A stretch of 64,000 nt of DNA from Oopsacas minuta (Eukaryota; Animalia; Porifera), in the NCBI GenBank assembly GCA_024704765.1, contig JAKMXF010000188.1, forward strand, positions 605,715 to 669,714, written 5' to 3'. A program made the position numbers and the translations under genes. A model generated the notes under the pieces. The model was given only the letters and a program-made list of their open reading frames with translations, was not told where the DNA came from and did not search any database. Shown piece by piece: positions 58,342-64,000 of this stretch (positions are counted from its first letter, which is position 1; every line of letters begins with the position of its first letter).

Positions 58342-61221
58342 CTACTGTTGCGTAATTTTATTTGATAATCCCAAAGCTCCCACCAGATGTCCAACACTCT
58401 CTATATTCCTAATCACAACAATATTGATTAGTTCATAGAATTGCTGCATACACACAGCTCCATACTCTCGTACTATAATGTTGTTATCTCTTAATTTGTA
58501 TTCCTCCTTATCTGGAGGGTTTTTCTTAAGAAAATCTTGTACTTCCTCCATCAGCTGTCTGATTTCATTTGCCGGTAGAATTTCAAACATTTCCATCAAA
58601 CACAACATTTGTGAGTTAAGCCATTGTGCCCGACATAGAACACGAATCAGGTAGAGAGACAAGTTTAACTCAATTGGACAATCAGTCCCTTTCACAGCTT
58701 TAGACAAACTCCAGAAATTCACCAGCACATACACCATTGCTCTTATAATCGGATAGCAAGTTATGAGAGCTACGCCATCATTAGCAAGGAAGAGTAGGAG
58801 CTCTAAATTGAGATGAGTTTCTTCTAGAGATGCACGAATTTTCAAATGTCTCTCTATATTGTACTTCAATGTTTCTTCATCGAACCAATCCCTGTTACCT
58901 GGTACTTCGCTGGCAGCTACTGTATCTAAAACAATCTGCCCTAACTGTTGCATACTCAGTGGATTATAACTATCCGATCTGTGTGGTATACGAGAGTGTG
59001 TTTCAATCAAACAGCACCGAGCTAGTAACAATATTATCTGCTCGTTAGCTTGGTTAATAGCACGTTGTGTTTTCTGGCTTGATTTAGTTGCATTTGTTAC
59101 TGATTTCTGTTTGTGTACAAATTCTCTGCCTTCAATATGATTGTTGATTTTCAAAGTATTACAACTGTTATCATTTTGGACGGAAAATTCATTCATCCTT
59201 CTCACTAGTAAGCTAGTTTCATTTGAAATTACTTCCACTTTTGCTTCTATTGTCTGAATATCACCAGTTATAAGATGGTGATATGGTGAATCGCTTACTG
59301 CACACATATACACTATCTTTCTAAGTGAGAATACAAGACATTGTCTGTCATTAGAACAATAATCACCCAATATATCCCTCGTCCTAACTAAACACAGCTC
59401 ACAATGCACATCTAACTCACCCTCAAAACAAGCTGAAACAGATCTCTCTAACAAACCGAAGAACAGAGTTAACAGATGCATACAGACATTGATTTTCTTT
59501 ACCAAGCGAGCTTTCATTGGGAGTAATTGGAACTTCTCAATAAAATCGAGGATATTAAAAGTATGTGTGTACTGACTGGGGCTCAGCTGTTCACAAATCG
59601 TTAGTACTGAATTAAGTAGCTCATCGTGAATTTGTGAAGTTACACTCTTCCAAACTGCACCAGCCTCCATCTTTAATAAAATAGAAATGTTCTTGAATAG
59701 GTTTGTAGCTTTCCTTTCATCTTCCCCCATCTGTTGTTGCAATGTTAGGCATCTTTTGAAACTCTCCACCATTACCAAAGGGTGCATCAAACTTAGCTTT
59801 TCTTGCAACTGAGGTATCTGCAGTAATATATTATCACTAGGAGCATGGAGAATACAATGAACTAGAATACGAATAGCTATCGAATCAGAACAGAATAATC
59901 CTATGACAACCAACAACCTCGACAGTGCCTTCAGTAGTTTGTTCTCATTGCGTTGCTTACAATATTTGAGTAAGAGCCTATCCGTGTGTTGAGATAAGTC
60001 AACTACAAACAGATAAGTATTATGCTTCTCACTACTACCAGATAGTTTCGCCATCTTATCACGATTTAATACATGTCGTCTAGCATTATTCTCCATTTCA
60101 ATCAGCATATACTCTAACAATCTCTCTGCCATGCGCCACACCTCAGGAGATTCTTCTCTCAATTCCCCCTCCTCCATCCCATCCTCACCCACTTCTTGAC
60201 TCTCTCTCTGTCCCTCGCTACGCTCTGGGTAACTGGTATGCAGTAAACATTCAATCAATGCATACACTGATTCGCCGCGTAGGAACAGTACTACCTCGTG
60301 TAGGAACCTGTTCAACTGGTCTGTGTCATCAAGTGTACACACCTGTGCATCTCTCTCTTGACTCAATATTGCACGTAGTCTATTCACAGTCAATAACTTG
60401 ATTATACCTAATGCAACCAAGTTGAGTAGAATTGTACTTTGCGAGGCTAGCTCGTGGTAGAACTTAAACATTTCTCTCTGTGGTTCCCCGGTCATTTCAA
60501 GCACAGCAGAGAAAGAAGTGAGTATAGTGTTCCTGACAGAGTCAGGTGCTTGTATGCTCACATACTCCAGGCTCTGTATCAGTGGATTAGTGTACTCGTT
60601 ACTCTTGTTATTCTCTATCAGCTTGAATACTATTGGTATTGACGTGTCTATGTAGGACATGGACAGATGACAACATATCCAATTACAAGTCTTATTAGAA
60701 TCTTTAGTTTGCTCGAGTAGCTGTCTGATACACTTTTCAGGATTTTCTGTATAGAAATGGTCTATACAGTTGAAGGTTAAATTCAGGACAGGTCTAACCA
60801 CCTGGTTGCTAATCCAATACTTTATTTGTTCCTGTGTTGAGCTTCTACGAGTGTCTTGAATACTCATTTTAACCAGAAGACTCAGTCCCCAGTGAAATAT
60901 CACAGGAGACCATGCAGTCTTGTTATGCTCTAGTAGAGACTGTATTACATCGGAAGTTGTGAATAGGAATCTTTTCAGATTGTCAAGTTCTTTGGATGTA
61001 TCTCTGAGAGCAGCTAAGTAGCAACTAGCGATTGTTTCGAGTGCAGCACTCCTGGATACAGGAATGGTAGACAGGAGTTGTGTGGCTATCTCTCCTTTGT
61101 GAATGAGACCATCTAAGCTATCGGGTGGACTCTGCGATAGAGAAGCTTGCAGGATCTCCCTTATCTGTTTTACAGGTTCTGCTGGTTCTTCTTTTTCACT
61201 CTCTTTCTTATGAATATCCAT
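58342..61221 (-). CDS. INTS5: Integrator complex subunit 5 homologue, intronless (959 aa)
   Basis: N-terminal …NKTAWSPVIFHWGLSLLVKMS versus human …[21 protein letters not shown]. The C-terminal MFEILPANEIRQLMEEVQDFLKK also corresponds to the human C-terminus. The length is comparable to human (1019 aa), which is likewise intronless. Confidence 0.85.
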   Translation of the reverse strand: MDIHKKESEKEEPAEPVKQIREILQASLSQSPPDSLDGLIHKGEIATQLLSTIPVSRSAALETIASCYLAALRDTSKELDNLKRFLFTTSDVIQSLLEHNKTAWSPVIFHWGLSLLVKMSIQDTRRSSTQEQIKYWISNQVVRPVLNLTFNCIDHFYTENPEKCIRQLLEQTKDSNKTCNWICCHLSMSYIDTSIPIVFKLIENNKSNEYTNPLIQSLEYVSIQAPDSVRNTILTSFSAVLEMTGEPQREMFKFYHELASQSTILLNLVALGIIKLLTVNRLRAILSQERDAQVCTLDDTDQLNRFLHEVVLFLRGESVYALIECLLHTSYPERSEGQRESQEVGEDGMEEGELREESPEVWRMAERLLEYMLIEMENNARRHVLNRDKMAKLSGSSEKHNTYLFVVDLSQHTDRLLLKYCKQRNENKLLKALSRLLVVIGLFCSDSIAIRILVHCILHAPSDNILLQIPQLQEKLSLMHPLVMVESFKRCLTLQQQMGEDERKATNLFKNISILLKMEAGAVWKSVTSQIHDELLNSVLTICEQLSPSQYTHTFNILDFIEKFQLLPMKARLVKKINVCMHLLTLFFGLLERSVSACFEGELDVHCELCLVRTRDILGDYCSNDRQCLVFSLRKIVYMCAVSDSPYHHLITGDIQTIEAKVEVISNETSLLVRRMNEFSVQNDNSCNTLKINNHIEGREFVHKQKSVTNATKSSQKTQRAINQANEQIILLLARCCLIETHSRIPHRSDSYNPLSMQQLGQIVLDTVAASEVPGNRDWFDEETLKYNIERHLKIRASLEETHLNLELLLFLANDGVALITCYPIIRAMVYVLVNFWSLSKAVKGTDCPIELNLSLYLIRVLCRAQWLNSQMLCLMEMFEILPANEIRQLMEEVQDFLKKNPPDKEEYKLRDNNIIVREYGAVCMQQFYELINIVVIRNIESVGHLVGALGLSNKITQQ

Positions 61222-61889
61222 TTATTAAATTTAAAATATCTACAAGAGAAAATTACAGTGTTGTTATGATTAATATATGACAAGGTTCGATCCAAATTTA
61301 TGTGGCTTGTATACCGCCATGAATTTTGGCTTTAAATATTTAAGAGGGCGAGAATTCGGTCAAAACGTGAAGGCTTGCAACAAATGAGGCTGCCATTTTT
61401 CGGAGAACCCAACCCATTACACACCTAATCAAACGCTGTTCATCACACCGGTTTTAAGGTATATTGCAAAATACAGACAATTAATGATAATAATGTTAAG
61501 AGCTAAGGCCACTGTTAGTTGGAAACTTGTTTCAGCTCTACCGCCCTTGAATATTGTCATTATTTACCATTTCACAGTGAAATTCAACAACACTATCATA
61601 ACGTCATAAATAATGAGATAATGATAATACTTGTATATGCACATACTTGCCAACCTGTGTGACGGTAAAAGCGGGTCGGAAGGTACAGATTTAGCGGGAC
61701 ATGGCGGGATGTAGCATATTAGTTTTAGACTGGACTACAAAAAGCAGGACAATTAAGGTTTTCGGCAAGTCTTGGCGGGACAGTAGCCTCATTGGAACGC
61801 AACGCATGTCCGAAAACTTGGGAAATCCCGCCAAAACGGGACAGATGGCAAGTATGTATACAGTCTCTTTTAAGGAATAACGAACAATT

Positions 61890-62230
61890 TGGAGGGCAGC
61901 TCCTATAGGGAGGTGCCCTATTGGGATGGACGATGTGCCACGTCCGTCCACACGGCCTTGCGAAATCTAGTAGTCTAAATAACATGAAAATTGGCATTCA
62001 TATACATTTTGGGTCGGAGATTTGCACCTCGGATATGAATTTTTTCTAAAGTGAATATTTCACATCTTTTTGGTGATTAATCATATTATCACAACTTTCT
62101 ATGTAAAATTAAAAATTAAGCTAGAGGTTAGGTTTCAACATGTCAGAGGTAATTGGGTGCGTAGAGTCCGATTTTGAGAATTTACATAACCCTGAGCTAC
62201 ACTACCAGTCTATCGGCTGGACATTTTTGT
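61890..62230 (-). repeat. R1 tail plus terminal module, inverted copy
   Basis: Matches 28340–28560 and 46430–46630. Terminal CCTGAGCTACACTACCAGTCTATCGGCTGGACATTTTTG. Confidence 0.6.
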
Positions 62231-63508
62231 ATTACTCAATATAGAGTGTTATTCAGCTTATTTTATGCACAATTTGAGTTGTTTCAGTGATAATTCTTTC
62301 CATTAGTGTTTCAATACATTCACATGTAAACTGTTCACAATTATGTAATCTCCTCTGCCATTCGTGTCGGCCAAAGAATAATTATACGCAGGGGCGGATC
62401 CAGGGCATCATGTCAGGGGGGGAAAAATATATCTAGGAGCATAGTATACCAAATAAATACATAGATAAGTGATTACTAATAATTAGAAAACTCTACGTAT
62501 CTACAACAACTTCCTTCTTATCTTCATCCTAGCAATTGTGTCTATTACATTAGAAAAGCTGACAATTCAGTAAAATCATTTTACTGACATCGAATGTGAA
62601 TCGTGATTCAATAGAATAACCTAGCATAGGCTGTATAGCTATAATTCGAAACTCGTGACATTAAATAGCATTCATGATACATACATGATATTGTAGTTTT
62701 CATCTAATACATTAGGGAATTTCTAACCAGCAACCTAGGTTGCTACATAGAAGAATTCTCAATTTGGGGTTGAAGTTGATCGTCTGATGTATATGGTGCG
62801 TACTTTCAAAAAATTCGTTATTATAGGGGATCGTGCATTGTTGAAGGGGAGGGGATTACACATACGGTCATATATTATGTGTTATATATTATATCCATGA
62901 GTTTACTACAACAATAGACAGTGTACTAACAAAAGAATAAGATATTAATTAGCTATAAGCTATCAGCAATCCAAGCAAATCCAGAGATTTTCAGTGGAAT
63001 CTACTTCGAAATCAGATAGATTTCAAAGGACTTCTATACTATGTGTTAGAGTGAAACCAATTATCTAATATTGCATATACTTACTTAGGGCATATATAGC
63101 TACAAATAAAATACTGATAATTCTAATTGATCGATTCTGCGATTTTTGCGTATTCCCCTTACATTATCCTTAATTGGATCGTATCGTGAAAAGATTGTCA
63201 GAAGGCAAGTTGCCCCCCTGCCCCCCTATAGATCCGTCACTGATTATACGTATATATGTATGTCCTTAGGGGCAATTATTTAGCACATGGTACGTAGTTA
63301 GGGGGGCCTAGATACAATTTACACATATACATCGTAAAGCTGTAAATTATGCAAATAGCCCTCGAAATTCGCTACAATCTGACAAGTGGCATAATTTCAT
63401 AGATATAATCCTTAACCTCTAGCTTCTACATGTATAAAATATGAACACTAAGGAAATAATGTATATAATCCATTTCTTCTTTCACAAGTCCTATCAATCA
63501 ATAAATTA

Positions 63509-64000
63509 TTAGAATACGATTAGATGATTGTTCCCTGCAACAATAATTCTACCTTTAGCGTCAAGCGCCACTCCTCTAGGACCAGTAATAACACTAGTAA
63601 TCTTATGAAGAATATTAGCTTGTATATCAATAATGAGTATAGATTTTATTCCATGATCAGAAATGATAAAATTACCAGAGCTATCTATGAGGAATCCAAA
63701 AGGACAATCCAGATGTTTATGAACAGAATTAGAAATTGTATTACTAACTTGAGAGAGATTATAATTGAAACAAAATAGAAATGGATGTTGATGAGACAAT
63801 ACGTATATTTCGTCATTAGTCAGTTTGATATCGCTTGGATAACGGTATAAAGCAATCTTAGATTTGTATGAATATTTTTCTGAGAATATTTGAATTCTTT
63901 TATTACCATAATCAGAAACAAAAATATCACCATTTGTATCATTGACAGCGATACCCCTAGGAAAGCTGAACTGTCCCTTTTCAATGCCTTTATTCCCAAT
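63509..64000 (-). CDS. NHL-repeat protein, C-terminal part; the 5' end lies beyond the window edge
   Basis: The open frame continues from 64000 down to the stop at 63509–63511. It holds textbook NHL units: GNKGIEKGQFSFPRGIAVNDTNGDIFVSDYGNKRIQIF and ITGPRGVALDAKGRIIVAGNNHLIVF. Confidence 0.75.
   Translation of the reverse strand: MGNKGIEKGQFSFPRGIAVNDTNGDIFVSDYGNKRIQIFSEKYSYKSKIALYRYPSDIKLTNDEIYVLSHQHPFLFCFNYNLSQVSNTISNSVHKHLDCPFGFLIDSSGNFIISDHGIKSILIIDIQANILHKITSVITGPRGVALDAKGRIIVAGNNHLIVF

Noticed and set aside
1-64000. Prokaryotic defence-island interpretation (operons, RBS, cas/RM/toxin genes)
   Set aside because: The sequence has spliceosomal introns with GTAAGT donors and phase-consistent multi-exon genes, metazoan-specific proteins (INTS5, BNIP1, NHL, LLTP) and eukaryotic transposons (hAT, gypsy-type integrase, foldback). 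No bacterial gene organisation is present.

Overview
This is AT-rich (about 35% GC) eukaryotic nuclear DNA, probably from an intron-poor metazoan; it is not prokaryotic. Introns are short (about 70–150 bp) with GTAAGT/GTGAGT donors and polypyrimidine-AG acceptors, exons are very large, and the genes and transposon families are metazoan types. The ORF track uses ATG, GTG and TTG as starts, so many listed 'M' residues are artefacts.

The left third (1–13.5 kb) is a nested cluster of transposon-derived repeats:
- A TIR-bounded element at 547–4620 carries a fragmented Ty3/gypsy-type integrase and, upstream of it on the same strand, a canonical 2A-like ribosome-skipping motif (SGDIELNPGP).
- A 2.1-kb non-autonomous TIR element at 9926–12040 has about 170–190 bp terminal inverted repeats, a 5-bp target-site duplication, and a captured USP-like fragment.
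- An inverted duplication at 12740–13510 preserves the empty site of the 547–4620 element.

Genes I can support:
- A coiled-coil plus NHL-repeat gene on the minus strand (5611–7662), interrupted by one in-frame TGA.
- A putative large-lipid-transfer-protein (vitellogenin/apolipophorin-like) gene on the plus strand from 14915, with signal peptide and short phase-consistent introns.
- A degraded hAT transposon (23919–26621, minus) with terminal inverted repeats and subterminal GACCCGGT repeats.
- A 13-exon, phase-consistent gene of about 4,580 codons on the plus strand (28847–52051). It encodes a single-pass membrane protein with a long helical N-terminal region, a degenerate LECT2/M23-like domain, a SAP-like motif, a furin-type site, a PAN-like Cys module, at least 25 tandem HYR/FN3-like repeats of about 110–120 aa, two EGF modules, a TM helix and a short tail. 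This is the main candidate for something novel.
- A multi-pass membrane ORF (54783–55862, plus).
- Intronless BNIP1/SEC20 (57210–57872, minus) and INTS5 (58342–61221, minus) homologues.
- A second NHL-repeat gene running off the right edge (63509–64000, minus).

Several dispersed repeat families, a 911-bp foldback element (53397–54307), a perfect 52-bp-arm hairpin (50736–50871) and intronic SINE/MITE-like copies fill the rest. No rRNA, tRNA or CRISPR was recognisable.
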